Assembly (NCBI GenBank): GCA_000708835.1
Contig: DF236988.1
Location: 124,001-188,000, forward strand
DNA from: Klebsormidium nitens
Taxonomy: Eukaryota > Plantae > Klebsormidiophyceae
DNA: 64,000 bases
Direction of reading: 5' to 3'
The notes below the pieces were generated by a model. The model saw only the letters and a list, made by a program, of their open reading frames with translations. It was not told the origin of the DNA and ran no database searches. Of the stretch, positions 25,133 through 39,500 are shown one piece after another (position 1 is the first letter of the stretch; each line of letters begins with the position of its first letter). The position numbers and the translations under genes are program-made.

Positions 25133-28100
25133 ATGGCCTCGAGCCTGGGACTCGTTGCCCGCGCTCCGTCCGCCGGCGCCTTCATTGCGCATACACCACA
25201 GAAGGAAGCAAGCTTTCCCAGAGCAGATCTTGCGCCTCTAGCCTTTTCACACCAAAGATCTGGAACCACCACCTCCCCATCAGAGAGTTGCGTCCGTCCA
25301 GTTGGAGGGAGTAGATTGGGTTCAGCGTTTCTTGGAGATTTGCAACAATTGCAGGAAAGACCGCAGCCTCTAGTGAGAGCAATGGCAAGCGGGGCTGCTG
25401 CAGCTGCTCCGGCAATGGCCAGTCTCGGTGCGTGCTTAAGAAGCTCTAGCTTTCATTGTTTGCTTTTCGCGGCAGCACTGACCATTACCCAATGCTGTAA
25501 AGCTAGATTGTGCTCCCGCTTTCAAGACTAGAAGACAACAGTCTATAATGATAGAGTTGCATTGTGTCTTGGAGAAGTGACAATGCCAAACGCTATTCAG
25601 AAGGAGAATGTCAAGTGACGACGCCAATGATGTGCCGCAAGTCCTGGACTGCCATTTCTGAAGAGGCGCATTAAAGCAACAGCTTGGAAGGGACGACTCT
25701 GCTTCATTGCAACTTCACATTCTGTGTGCCCCTGATTCTACTCGCAGTTTCTTCCAGTATTTCCACTGAACCTCTGAACCTCCTGGAAACTTTTATGTTG
25801 AAACACCAGGGCCAATCTGGGGTCTCCGAGTCATACGCATCTTGAAGTCAGCAGGTAAAGAACTTTCTGCTTGCACAAGCTCCTGATACTGTGTCATTGC
25901 TCAGGCGATCAAAAGCAAGCTCTCCTCACGGTCTCTGACAAGACGGGCCTGATTGACCTAGCGAAGGGCCTCATCGAACTGGGGTGAGTTCCCTTCCTCC
26001 AATCTTCCTTGTAGTTAGCCCCTTCTTTGTACAAGGACGTTCATATGCAGTACACCCTGTTTCTTCAGGGAGCCCCTCGGTCTCTGGCAAAACTTTTGCG
26101 GCATGCGGAAACTATTCCTACTGTTGCCTGTGTTCTGGGGTCTGATGGAAGAGCGAATGTTCTGCCAATGTATTTCCCTCTTTGCGTCTACGTTTTACCA
26201 ATGTATTTCCCTCTTTGCGTCTACGTTTTACCGCGTGCATTGTAAGTTGTTTGGCTGTTCCTTGTGTTCCAGGTATGCACTGGTGTCAACAGGCGGCACA
26301 GCGGCAGCCATTGAGAAGGCTGGCGTCCCTGTGAAGAAAGTCGAGGAAGTGACGTCGTTCCCAGAGATGGTGTGCTTCAAACCCCGGATTTCTCTGTTTG
26401 TCTCCTATTGACGAAACTTATCTTTGGGACCCGGAACTGATGCAATAGCCTACTTTTGGCCGAAGTCAAGTATTGGTCAGTATTTGTGGGAAACTGCTGA
26501 AGTGGGCGCAGCTATCCGGTCGAAGCTGACAAAAATGAACTCCCTTGCCGCGCCAGAGCATGAGCCGCTGGAAGATGGGGGGACTTCTCCTTTAACACCA
26601 CTTAAGGCACTGGCCTTTCGAAAGGCCTTTCTACAAATCATGCGCGAACTAGGGAGCGGTGATTTGATGTCAAGCCTGGAATTGGACTTAGCAAGCGAGT
26701 AGTTTGAGAAGGCCCATTCGGCAGCAGTCCTCGCGCTGGTGAGAGTACCGGAATACATCAGAACAATTCATTGTGTTTTGGCAGCTGGACGGGCGTGTCA
26801 AAACGCTCCATCCTGCGGTGCACGGTGGAATCCTGGCCCGGCGAGACGTACCAGGCCATGTGGAGGCCCTGGAGAAGCACAAGATCGGTGAGCCGCCTTT
26901 CTGCTCTGGTGTATGTTGTCAGCTTTCACATCTGAGTCTCTTGTGCTGTTGCCTGACAGTGAGTGGGCGACTCGACTTGCATCCAACGTATTCCACACAG
27001 GGTAAGATTGTTGACGTCTTGTTCAATCCTCTTGAATCCCGGCTGAAGGCTGGGCGCCGCATTCGATACGGGAATTCAGACACCATCGAACGGGATTGGC
27101 GCGCTATGGTGAAGGTTTGCCGTTTTTGTATCGGATTGCACAGCAAGTCGAAGGCAAAGCGAGAAAGGCGTACGCTTCTTCAGTTGATCAATATGGGTGT
27201 TGTCGAACATTCAACGAGACAGAGTAGAGGCTTGCTGAAGACGTTGTTGAGGAGCACTGCCGAACACTGGGCTTATGGTCAAATTTTTCACAACTGGTCC
27301 CAAACAACGTTCGAAGATATTGTCGGCGGACTTGCCATCTCTTATCTCCCAATGACGTTGTTCCCACCTTTCGCATCAGGCACCATCGACATCGTCGTCT
27401 GCAACCTGTACCCCTTCTACCAGACGGTGATGGCGCCCGGCGGGACCTCCTTCGAGAACGGGGTGGAGAACATCGACATCGGCGGTCCCGCTATGATCCG
27501 GGCAGCCGCCAAGGTGGGACTGCGACTCGTGCTCTATTTCTTTGCTTCCGGTACTATTTTATCTGGATTGTGGGGATCTCTCTGCTGCTTCTTTTCTCAG
27601 AGGATGAGAGTTGATATCCATGGCAGTAGAGTTCCGTGTCAGCTGTTCGACTCTATCCGGCAACTGGAGCTATCTGCGGCCCCGAATGTCGTTGGATCTT
27701 CAACTACCTGAAACACGGTTCTGAAACCCAAAACCAGAAACACGGCGACGTGTTTGTGGTGGTCGAGCCGTCCGACTACCCTACTTCGCTGGAGGTTCCC
27801 AAAAAGGGGTCCAAAAGCTGCTTAAGCTTCACCTCATGAAAGCAAGTTTCTGAAAATCAAAAAGCCTACGTCACTACAGAACCACGGTGACGTATTTGTG
27901 GTGGTCGAGCCGTCTGACTACTCGAGTCTACTGGGCGCACCGAAGAAGGGGTTCCAAAAGCTCTTACCGCTAAAGCCCACGAAAAGAGAATTCAAACCCC
28001 AAAGCTTACGTCATTCCAGAACCATGGTGACGTGTTCGTGGTGGTCGAGCCGTCTGACTACTCGACTCTACTGGGCGCGCCGACGAACGGGTTCCAAAGC

Positions 28101-31100
28101 TCTTACAGCTAAAGCTCACGGAAAGAGAATACAAACCCCAAAGCTTACGTCCTTCCAGAACCATGGTGACGTGTTCGTGGTGGTCGAGCCGCCCGACTAC
28201 TCGACTCTGCTGGACGTGCTGAAGAAGGGGGCCGGCGGAGACGAGGAGCTGGCGTTCAAGAAGAAGCTGGCCTGGAAGGCGTACCAGCACACCTCTAGTT
28301 ACGACTCCGCCGTCGCAGAGTGGCTCTGGAAGAACGTCGGAGGTGAGCGCCTCAGTCGCGCCAGAGGTTCATGGGTTCCACCGTTTACCTGGCCCTGCGT
28401 TGCTGCAATATAGTTGGGCATGCGGACACAGTTTGCTGCGTTCAAGCCAGCGTGTTAGTGTTCAGCTTGGGCACGTTCAAGCGGATGTGCGTACTAAGTA
28501 AACGATCTCTTTTCAGGGAAGCATTACTTAGAGACGGGTGCAGGATTCGATAGCCATTAGCGTTCATGCGAGCGGCCGATCTGTCTGCCTGAAGAGCTTT
28601 GCGACGCGACGTGTCTTATTGTCTTTTGCTAAAGACCAACATTAAGCATGAGTGCAGATCAAAGGGGAAATGGGAAATGGATTCCGTCGGCGCGTCTTCC
28701 GGTGAACCGACAAGCATCACCCATGACTCGTCGCAGACAACAGCTCATAGTATTCCTGGAAAGTACGGCAAGATTGCGAGGTCTTATGTTCCAAGAATAA
28801 TTCACTATCGCGCTTTCTTCAACGACAGGATTACGAGCCCGCCTCTTATCTCTAATCAGCTTCTTACTTCCAAATCCTCAACTTTTCACTGCTGCGCTCC
28901 ACGGCACGACAAGGCGACACGTAGGCCTGGTTCAGGCCTAAATACACACAATCAATAGGTGACAATTTTCGGCACATAATGCCGAAATTCTTTTTCACAC
29001 ACTACGATTGCCCTTGACAGGTTCCGAGCCCGCCCCCAGCCTGACCGTCCCCCTCACTCTGGCCTCGTCCCTGCGATACGGAGAGAATCCCCACCAGAGC
29101 GCCGCCTTCTACACTGACCGGTCGCTGCAGGAGCACGGGGCGGGGGGGATCGCGACCGCTGTACAACATCACGGCAAGGTGAGGACCGTATCTAAAGTTT
29201 CTGTTGCCTCTTCCAGTCGGTTGGGCGTCAGTACTTGTCTCCGTGAGTTGTTAAGGAGAGCCCGTCGTTAACTCTTTCGGGCTTTTTTGATGTTAGTCGT
29301 AGAGAAACAGCGTCTTTGAGCACGTCGAGAAGGTGTTCCCCGTGGCTATCAAGCAGTCCCGCTCTCTCGTCCATTGTGATTGCGAACAGCGCTTTGTAAG
29401 CAACAAGCACAGCAGAATGGATACAAAGCGAGTATTCACGGTTGTAGAGTAAGACAATTGAGGCGAGATGCTCCAAGAAGGGCAAATCATTTTCTTAAAA
29501 AGAAGGCGTCGTTAATCTCGGTCCGCAACCCCCCCGGCCCCATATTTTCTCGCCAACATTCCTCTTGTATCTCTGGAAAAGAAACGCTCATACCATCGTT
29601 GCGGCTTCCCCTTCGGTGCAAAACTCCCCGTATATGCTGTTGCCTTATATGCTTTCCGTCCCACTACTTCCAACAGGGGGTGTCGTACAAGAAATACCTG
29701 GACCCTCTGCCGATTTTCCCTAGTGCAAACACCACCGTACACTTTCTCATTGTTCTAGAGGAGACGTCGTAAAAGCACTTGGAAGATTGCGGGTCTCCTC
29801 ACTGCAAAACTCAGTGTACAGTTTTTCCCCATCCTCTAACAGGAGATGTCGTACAACAACTATTTGGACGCGGACGCCGCCTGGAACTGCGTGAACGAGT
29901 TCCCGGACCCTACCGCCGTGGTGGTAAAGCACACCAACCCGTGCGGCGTCGCTTCCAGCAAGGACGACCTGCTAGAAGCGTACCGGCTGGCGGTGCGCGC
30001 GGACCCCGTCAGCGCATTCGGCGGGATTGTTGCGTTTAACGTACCAGTGGACGAGGTGAGGACCTTGGTCTAGGCTTTGGGCTCCAATAACCCTTGAGTG
30101 GGTACGCCTTGCTTCAAGTACTTTCTTCGCTGCATTCCTCTTTTCGAAGCTGTGACGTTCTTGGAAAAAGGCGAATGGACACGAATGGACAGAAGCCAGG
30201 CATCAATGCTGCTATGTATCAGTGTCATCAAGGCCAAAATCTGACAATGGATGTCTCGTTTGCCTGCTCTGAGATGTTGCTATCTGCCCTGAATGAAACT
30301 TTAGGCTCGAATCGACTTCGCGCTTCTGGTCAGAGTACCTTCTCGAATCACCGAAAGTTTGCCTACATACGAAGGATAGTAGCAAAGGAACCAGAGAGCA
30401 TACTTCACTTTTCACCTGCGCACCCCCAGACCCTTGCCCGGGAGATCCGCGAGTTCCGCAGCCCGACCGACGGCGAGACGCGCATGTTCTACGAGATCGT
30501 GGTCGCGCCCGAGTACACGGAGGCAGGCCTCGCCACGCTCAAGGGCAAGTCCAAAACGCTGCGGATACTGGAGGCCAAGGCGCGGGCCAAGGGGAAACAG
30601 GGCCTCCGGCAAGTCGGGGGGGGCTGGCTGCTGCAGGACGCGGACGACAAGACGCCCGAGGACATCGAGTTCAAGGTGCGGACGTCCGGAGCCTCAGCCT
30701 ATTTTCTTGGCTGTGCATTCCTGTTGGCTTCTAAGAAATGTCGTTTGGGGGATGTAGGGACCGGCTTGAAGGGGCGGACGTTCTAAGAGTTGGCCAGACC
30801 TAGCCGTCCGCGGTTTTGTTGACACCCGCGGCTGTCCTTCCGGACGTCGAGGTGTCTCTTTAAGATCCCGGTGCTTCTCACGTAATTTTCCAGAAAACGT
30901 CCCTCGTTAGAGACGACCGGAGGCCGTTGTTTGGGTGATGACTAGCCGCATGTTTTTTTCTTGGGAGCCTACGTGTCGCTACACTGGGGCTCGGACTGTT
31001 CCTACGTACCCTTTGTAATTTTGGAGGTTGTCGCGCTGTCGCCCCGGGCCCGCTGCTTGCTTTTTGTTGCACATTTCTTGCACGTTATGGTGGTGGTCGC

Positions 31101-32469
31101 GGTCCCGATAGAATCCTGTTCGCTTCTCGTAAGAAAAGCTCTCTGACGAATCGCGCCTACACCGACTACAGCGGAAGACGGCGGAATGTGTGACCCCACC
31201 TTTTCTGAGATATGAAACCCTGAAATCCTTTCAATCTCTTATCCAAACCCCCGGGGCTTGACAAAACCTCGGAACTGACGCCGCGCCCCCCGTCCAGGTG
31301 GTGTCACAACGGCAGCCCACGAAGCAGGAGTTGGCTGACGTCAAGTTTGCGTGGCGGGTGTGCAAGCACGTCAAAAGTAATGCTATCACGGTAGCCAAGG
31401 TGAGAGGCTGCCAGGCGCTGCCACGTGTCATTGCTTTTTGGCTCCAATGGCTCGAGCACATCTCTCTTTTATAGTTCTGCCGTTAGACGTTTTTTCCTTC
31501 CGATAAACTCAAGACGTCCCTACGTCAAGAAGGCTGGTACGGCGACCTTGTGGCGGGTAGTTTTGCTGTGAGGTCGCCAGTTTCCTACTACAGTGCACGC
31601 TTACGTGCACAGCATTGCTAACCTGCTGAAAAGCTGCCGTCGAATGATGGAAAAGCTGATTTCTCTATTGCAAGCCACATGGGCTGCTTCATCTGAATCG
31701 CTCACGTTGTGCCTCCAGGGGAACCGGCTACTCGGAATGGGTAGCGGCCAACCAAACCGGGTGAAGAGTCTACAAATCGCGGTTGAGAAGGCGGGCGACG
31801 AGGTCCAAGGCAGCGCTCTCGCCAGTGACGCATTCTTCCCTTTTGGTGAGCTGGACGGCCTTACTTTCTGGGGTTTTTCTTTAGAAAAATATTGTCTGCC
31901 GGGATGCTTTTGGAGTCGGTGGGATCGTCACGTTTCTTGGGATGGACATTTTGGCCGCTCGTTAGATTTAGTGAGTGTTAGAGGGTCTCAATATATGACT
32001 GGCCCGGAAAGTGGTGGGCGCAGACATCATGGTTCGTTGCTGACGTTGTTAAAACCTGAAACCCTGAGCCTTTGGTGAAAAATGAGGCTGACGGACCCTG
32101 TTTCACCGTTTCACGAGCTCCACGCAGAGCTGTCTTGAATCATCACCTCACCCCGTTTGGAAGGGCCTCTTGCCTTCGACAGTACCCCAGTGTTAAGCTT
32201 TGTTGTAGAGCTGCAGTTCCCATCTATTTTGCCCTTTGTAAACAGTCTGTTACACAAGATCGACGCGTTGAGCACGGATTTAACGCTGAGCACGACTACC
32301 TTCCCCCTTCGTTGCAGCTTGGGGCGACGCGGTTGAGGACGCGTGCAAAGCTGGCGTGGCGATCATCGCCCAGCCTGGTGGCAGCCTCCGGGATCAGGAC
32401 GCCATCGACTGTTGCAACAAGTATAACGTCGCTCTAGTTATGACAGGTGTTCGCCACTTCCGGCACTAG
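25133..32469 (+). CDS. purH: Bifunctional AICAR transformylase / IMP cyclohydrolase, 629 aa, with organellar transit-like N-terminus
   Basis: 12 phase-consistent exons: 25133-25427, 25905-25983, 26273-26369, 26785-26887, 27380-27513, 28159-28342, 29021-29178, 29843-30055, 30430-30675, 31298-31399, 31719-31845, 32318-32469. Motifs: [84 protein letters not shown]. Confidence 0.95.
26165..26232 (+). repeat. Perfect 33-bp tandem duplication in purH intron 2
   Basis: ccaatgtatttccctctttgcgtctacgtttta occurs at 26165 and 26198. Confidence 0.9.
27738..28230 (+). repeat. About 140-bp tandem repeat, 4 copies, spanning the purH intron 5 / exon 6 boundary
   Basis: Each copy begins cag|AA(A/C)CA(C/T)GG(C/T)GACGT(G/A)TT(T/C)GTGGTGGTCGAGCCG at 27738, 27880, 28020 and 28159 (periods 142, 140, 139). 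The last copy is the real exon. Confidence 0.92.
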
Positions 32470-33522
32470 AAGCACCGCATGACTGCACGCTCGTGATCCT
32501 TCTGATATTTCGTCAAAGAAGAGACATTCCTTTTGTGCGTGCTTGGGCTCGGGCCATGGCAATTGAACCAGCCATGAGTCAAGGTAGAACCATGGCCATG
32601 AGCAAGCTAGATCCTGAGTCATAAGCTGATTGTATGATTGTTGCACGTGAGACTCAGAATGTGCTGCAATCCTGCATGGCTGGCCGTGCACCCGCTGCCT
32701 GTTAACACAGTCAACGGTCAACTGTGCGCGTGCTTCAGCATGCGAATCCCGACACAGTGCAACGGTTGCGTACAATCAATCAACTGCACGCCCGGCCCTA
32801 TCTCATCCGACCCCTTCAATCTCATACATTGCATAGTTTTCTATGTACTCACCTCGACGCTGACAGTGTGCCAGGGTGTATCAGGCATTGGAACCCCCTC
32901 GATCTAGTACGTGACATTGCAATCATAACGAGCATCTGGTATACTTCGATATCAACGCATCGAGATTTGCGGCGGCCGAAATCGCGATGCTATCAACATG
33001 ATGTGTGCCCATTTAGCAAAGTTCATATGCACTCTGGCAACAGCGGCAGATCGGTCCTTATTTGTTGTGCCTTTCCGAGTTTTGTCATGGTATGACGGTC
33101 CGGCCGGTTTAGGTTGATCACCGACCAAAATTGCATTTACCTCCCTCCAGATCAGGAACCAGTCGATTTTTACAAGCCGCCAGCAACCCCCTACATATTC
33201 CCGTTCACGGCATATCAGACTCCCACTCAGGTACCAGGCTCCTATGGAAGCTTGCAGTTGTTTCCCGTATCGGCCAGTTTCCCGATAAAGGTAGCATCTC
33301 ATATCCCGCGGGTCTGTGAATATTCTCAACTAGCTCATGCTGCTACTACTCCTCAATGTACAGCATTTTCCTATTGACAATTAGCCCTACACTATGCCCA
33401 CAAAAGTGTGCAGGCCACATGGCATTGCGTTTCGCCGAAGGCAAGCGACATGGATTTGCTTCTGCATGGGTGTATGAAGGACGGGCGAAGCCGTTCCGTA
33501 TGACGGGCAGCCCTTGCTGGAC

Positions 33523-36500
33523 TTAGTCGGCCGCGCTTCTTTTCCTTCTTTTGATTGGGAGGCCTTCTACCGGCTGCGGCAAAGGGAAGTACGACGTGGC
33601 TTCGGCTGGGTTTACCAGTGTCCACCTGTTGGAAAACCGGACGAGGGGTCAGAATAGCTCGCACTGGGAGTTCCGTTCTTCGCAAGGAGCGGAACGCTCA
33701 AACTCAGGAGCATGGACCGGCCCCAAAACAGGCTAGTGACAGCAGAATGCTACCGCGGACTCCAAAGTGCGGATCAGCAAACCTGACGAAGTCTAGCAGC
33801 TTGGAAAGATGGAAGACAGAATTGGAAGAGTGAGAAGAACTGGCTGTTCGCACGACAGCTGGGGGACTCCGGCCGGTCACGTCGGGTCATAGTAGACTGA
33901 CACTTGGGACGGCCTCGACTCACGCAAGGGCCGGTGTCCGAGTACCGTAATTACGCGACAATCGGAAGCGAGCAGGCAACAACCAGTTTCAGCGTAATTC
34001 TGTAACCAGACGGTACCCAACCTCGTGACACGCCAGCCCAAACCCCATTCTGTTGAATGGATTACAGGGATGGTCTGAGATGCCTCTCTTTGGATTGATG
34101 AACCGTGTCTCCAAATGCTGAGAAAAGCAGAAAACGAGGGGACGACTCACTCCCAGTCGTTCACAAAGTGGTACAGAAAGACGGCCATCTCCATGCGCGC
34201 CAGGGCGCTACCCGGGCACTGCCGCTCGCCTGGGGGAAAACGAAGATATGAGTTAATACAGGTACAGGAAGGCTCAGCAGGCGGAGCGCAGACGTCTGAC
34301 ATGGCTGGGGGACATTTCGAGATTATGTTCCTACCGTCGATCTTTCGATGTCGAAAGATGGGCTTTGCAGATTCGTCGTCTATGAAATATCTTATGACCT
34401 GTTTGGCGCAAACCCCTTTGCGGAATTCTGTTCTGAATTCTTTGGGCTGCCCATGGCTAGAGTGTGCAGACTGGAGTTATCATTCAATGATCGAACAAGC
34501 TGCGACAGGGTTTTGACGATCGTGAACTTCCGCGATCCGCCTGTCAAGGGTTGTTTCCGGGGCATTGGGCAACCGCCCGGGGAAGGACAAAAAGCTTCGG
34601 GGTTAAATGGACCAACGTGGGGTAAGAGAAGAGAATGAAAACGCAGGAGGAACGAGGGAAAAGAGGCCCAGAGTGTGGCTGAGGAAGATAGCCTCTCGGG
34701 AATTGAGAAGCCAAACGGTAAAGCTGGAACAAAGTGTCACAAGTGCTCGCTATCAAACGTGACAGGTCTTCTTCTTGGTGGCTCTTCCCGCGCCTCTTTC
34801 GCTGCTCTGCTTCGGAAGTTGTTTATGGCTTTGTTTACTCATGTTGTGGAATGGATCAATCAACGATATCATGGTAGCATCGTGCGAGACTCCTCGCGCG
34901 ACTTGGATAAGAGAGCGCAAGCTGATCTCAACGCGATTCTAAGTGCAGTTCCACTTCAGTGCTCACGAGGCGAAGACAAACACGAAGGTAGTGGGCTACT
35001 CACCGGAGCCAAAGGGGAGGAAGGTGTATGGCGCCGGCTTCTCCTGCAAAAGCCAAAAAGATGTCCTAATCAGACTACATTCTAGGGACGTAACCAGGCT
35101 GTAATTCAATTTCAGGCCAGCTCAAGCGTGCTTTCCTGCCCGACACTCCTCCCGAAAGTTTACGGCCAGTAAAAAGCACTTGCGCTCTGGTTCAGACCCG
35201 CCTTGCTCTTTGAAAAGGGCTTATCACCGGGGCGGACGTCAACGACAACACCACTCACTGTTTAGCAGGTAATTTGCGCTCGGGACACAAACCCGAGACA
35301 CGTGTCGTTCGGCAACACAAGAGCAGAGAGACCTGCCGAGCAGTCGCTCTGAGACGTCATTCAGATGCATGCAAACACGCCCTTTTCAATGCCTCTAGAA
35401 ACGATTACTGACAGCCGGTATAAAAACCAAGGAATTTTTCACTCACATCGAACCTCTCCGGCTTGAACGCCTTTGGTTCCGGGAAGAGGGCCTCGCTGCG
35501 CATGATGGACCGGTAGTTCAGCGTGACGTTGTGCCCGGCGGGGATGACGTACCCGTCGATGCTGACGTCACGGGTGGCCACCTTGAAGTTGTTTGCGACC
35601 ACTGGGCGCACGCGCAGGCCCTCGCTGATGACCTGGGAATCAGGAGAAGCGTCTCGTGGCTTCAGAAGATACCGGTTTGATCTTAGAGGATCCGAGGCGC
35701 GTCCTTCAGAAGCGACGTTTGCAATACGCTGTTCAAGTTTCAAAACTTGGTTGAGAATGTGGTTTTTTCGGCAGTGGACTTAGCGGAACGAGTAGAATAG
35801 GCCGCTGCTAAAAAGATAGGCACGAAGGCGCCGCTACATAAAACGCGTGATCTTAGATCTTTATACAGAAAGTGCTTGTTCCTAAGCCTTGACCAGACGC
35901 AACCAGGCAAATAGCTTTGGGCGCTCTGAGACTCGTCAAACGACTTCGTCATAGATGAACTGAGTAGTCCATGCTCTGCAGTCCATTCTGCTCACAGTCT
36001 TCTTCGCGTTTCATCTCCACGCTACGCCAATACCGAACAGAGCAAAAACACACGACTCACTTTCTCTGTGTAGCTCATCTTGCGCACGTCTTCCCACGTC
36101 AGCGGCTCGCCGGCTTCCTTACGGCTCCTGACGTCAGCATGTTCCTCCTGTGGTCGACGACAGCGTTTACAGCCTTCAATTATCAGTGACGCTCTCTTTG
36201 AGACAAAATTCATAAGAAGCTTTGTCGTGTGGACTCATTTGTCGGTCACAAAATTTCATGTGCCAACAACGACGACAACAAGAACAGATAACCCATTTCA
36301 ACATATTCCTCTAGACGCTGATGTCGATGCCGTCGTCTACCCGTTTAGTCCCGTGTCTTGCTCGCGCACTGAGCGACTGGTTTGCTCCGCTAGTGATTGT
36401 TGAGGAAGAATGACGAGCAAAGGAGAGACAAAGCCTTCGCTTGAAAGTCATCCATGCGGACAGAGTTCGTCATTGTAAATCTGAACCAAGGCCATGGCCC

Positions 36501-39500
36501 CAACAGAGTCCAACAGAAAGCGGTTTCCTCACTCGAAGCTTTTGTACCACCGCCGGGTCGTCGCTTAGGTACCGGATGATGGACGCCAGGGCGCTCGCAC
36601 TCGTGTCGTGGCCTGCGAACAAATAACCACAAGCTTTGATGTTGATGAGCACCTAATAGTACTAACGGAAGAGCAGTTTCCTGGTTAACCCCAAGCACAA
36701 AATGACTCGCTCAGCACCTAAACCACCCTAACCCATACTTACCCACCCGACAAGTTTCTCAATGAAGTCCGTATTACTTTTACGAAACGACGCGATAAGC
36801 GTGCGCAAAAGAAGTACGTCAGCGGCGACAAAGCCGTGGTTTGAGCCAGTGGAAAAATCAGCTAGGCCCAACGATCAGAAGTTACAGACCGATAGCTGCT
36901 AACGCTTGGCGGTAACAGCACAATTTCCAAATCAGGAATGGGGGTGTTGCTCCCCGCAATCGCGTTGTTAGCGAAGCCAGCAATCCGTTTTGAAAGCGTC
37001 CCTTAAACCATTTCAGGCCTTGAACGAGACAGCTCCAAGAGATTTGAGTCTCCGCATAAGCGGCATCGGAAGGTAGGAGAGACAATTCCAAGCGGTGCAA
37101 CGAAAAAATATGGAGCTTACGTGGAGCTCACTTGGTTGACCTGATGCGTTGCGAAGGACTATTCACATGTTTAACGGCTGGACTCCTGATCACAGATTCA
37201 AATCAATCGTCTGATCCAAATACAGGTCAGGGTCGTACTAGTGAGCACTATATCCAAGCTCCTCACCAGCAAAGAGCAAGGCGAGCAAGTTGTCTTGTAG
37301 GTCTTCGTCGCTCAGCTGCGCCCCCTGCGCGTCCTTCTCGGTCATCAGGCGCGTCAGGATGTCGTTCGGCACAGGGGCGCCGCTGGCGAGAGCAGATCGC
37401 CGCTCCTTCAGTATGCCAGCCGTCTCCTCAAGGATGGCATCCCGGGCCTAGCAGGAGATCAGAATCGTCTTGACTTACAGGAATATCAAGAATCAGGTAT
37501 AAACAGGTGAACAGCTTGGGTGGCATCTCAGAACATTGCGAACGCGCATGCAACAGTGGCTTGGATCTGAATGACAAACGTGCTCTTCTCTGTGATCGGA
37601 ATGTGCATCGAAAGCGGCAGTTTGTGCAAAGTGATTGAAGCTCAATTATACTGCTAAGAAACGGGGCAACTTGATTTGCATGGGAGAAAGCCCTCTCAAG
37701 AAGTACGTGCTTCGTTAATGTATTGCAGCTCAGCACACTTTCTGGACTATTCTGTTTGCAAGTCAGCAGGTCTCCATGCTCCAGCATAACACAGTTCCTT
37801 GAGCTCAGAACTTACATCCATGGATGCTGCGAAGCCGGTGAAGGGTATCCTGACAGCGAACAGGGAGAACAGCCCGACCAGCCACTTGTTGAAGAAGCCA
37901 GACAGCCTGTCTGCCTGGGGCCCAGGCTTGGCGCCAAAGATGAGCTCCGAGATGATGCTGAAAGTCAGCTGCAGCGAGCGGAAAAGGGAGTTGTAAGCTG
38001 CATCGTCAAGTTCGCCATGTAAATTGCCGCTGATTGAGCACTAAGCATTCGCTCACACCTGCTTCTTGCAGCTGCTGACTGTATCCATGTTCAAATGCTG
38101 CTCTGAACAGGGCTACATTGCTTCTGTATATTCAATATATTCAATGTCTCTTTCTTCAGCACTGATAGAATGAAAGATTGCAGACGCTCTGCACGCAGAC
38201 AACAATCAGTTTCCTTCTAAGGAATGCAGCAGCTTTGCCTATACGAGCAGTTCATGAGCAGCTTTTTTTGTGCTCGAATATGCCTACCTTTCTAAGTTCC
38301 TGATAGGCCGCCACGGTGGTACCACTCTCCCATGTCCCCAATTGCGCCAGGACCCTTTCTTCTATCACAGGGACATATCTTTTGAGGTTGTCCAGGCTGA
38401 GAGGCCCAGTGACTAGGCTGCGCAAGTTCTTGTGCCGCGCCCCTTGCGTCGTAGTCACGGATCTCTCACCCAGGAGCATCCTGGTGGACTTGGGCCACTC
38501 CGTCTTGAACAACTTTTCTGCAACAAAGAGAACAGAAGATTCATGCTGAGTTGCAATATGAGACTCCAGGGAAATTAAAAGCAGTCGCAATATTCACAAT
38601 GATTGCACAAATTATAGACCTTCAGTTTTCAGCTTTACTGAAGGGAATGCAAAACGGATCCCATTGGTTGGCATGCCTTTCTTTCTGACCTGGCAAGTTC
38701 GTCGTAAATAGTGGATTGGAGCAAAAATCACAAGGCATTTCGAAAAGGACAATCACTCACACAAAACATAGCAATCAGTGCCATCGTCTGTGCAGGTTTA
38801 GCCAGGTTTGTGCACAGTCATACAAGTGATCAGATTGTCGATGTGCAGAATCACATGATGGAGTGCAGAAGCTAGTCTAGCATCTCACCATCCGTCAGAA
38901 GGAGCTCCGCCAACTCTGGAGCAGTGACCATGACCATGTTGTTCCCCAAAAGATTTGTCAGAAACGTCCTTCCATACTTGGCCTGCCTCTCCCTGACAAA
39001 CGAGTCTGGATCCTCCGTGTTCTGGCTCTTTAGGTAGTCTAAAGTTTCACCAAGAACGGGCAGGCCAAGGTTCCCAGGGGGCAGCCTAGGCGATCCATTC
39101 GGACTGCCTGATTGCTTCATCCCCTCCATTCCCTCTGTCAGCTGATCCGTTGATTTGACTGCCCTTGTGCTGCAAGCCCTGTGTTGCCGCAGCAGCTTGC
39201 TTGGAAGCCTCCTTTCCTGATTGCTAAAAGAAGAAAGATCTCTGACATCCGGCATTGTCCTGCTCGCGCATGCTAGCCCTTGGGGAGAGATGTTGCTCGC
39301 CATCATGGAAAACCTGCCAATTGCTGAATGCTGATGTAGGTAGGTCGGGATGCTCCCTTGCTGCTGACGCGGGGCCAATGCTTGATGACACCCAACGCTG
39401 CACTGCCTCACTTCCTGCAATTTCACTGCAGCTGTACTTTTGGCCGCAGACGTCTTGCCTGAGATTGAGCCGCTGCAAGCTGGCTGAACATAGAGACGCG

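Noticed and set aside
27738-28230. CRISPR-like or transposon interpretation of the 140-bp repeats
   Set aside because: No unique spacers or terminal repeats; the unit is a copy of the host intron-exon junction. I recognised no tRNA, rRNA, CRISPR array or transposase in the window.
33114-33377. Pro/Tyr-rich ORF between purH and the P450
   Set aside because: TTG start, no known motif, and it lies in convergent 3' UTR space.
34348-35085. Plus-strand ORFs inside P450 introns, one with a myosin-like LFTHVVEWINQ string
   Set aside because: Only a short resemblance, no other motor motifs or splice support, and it overlaps a P450 exon antisense.
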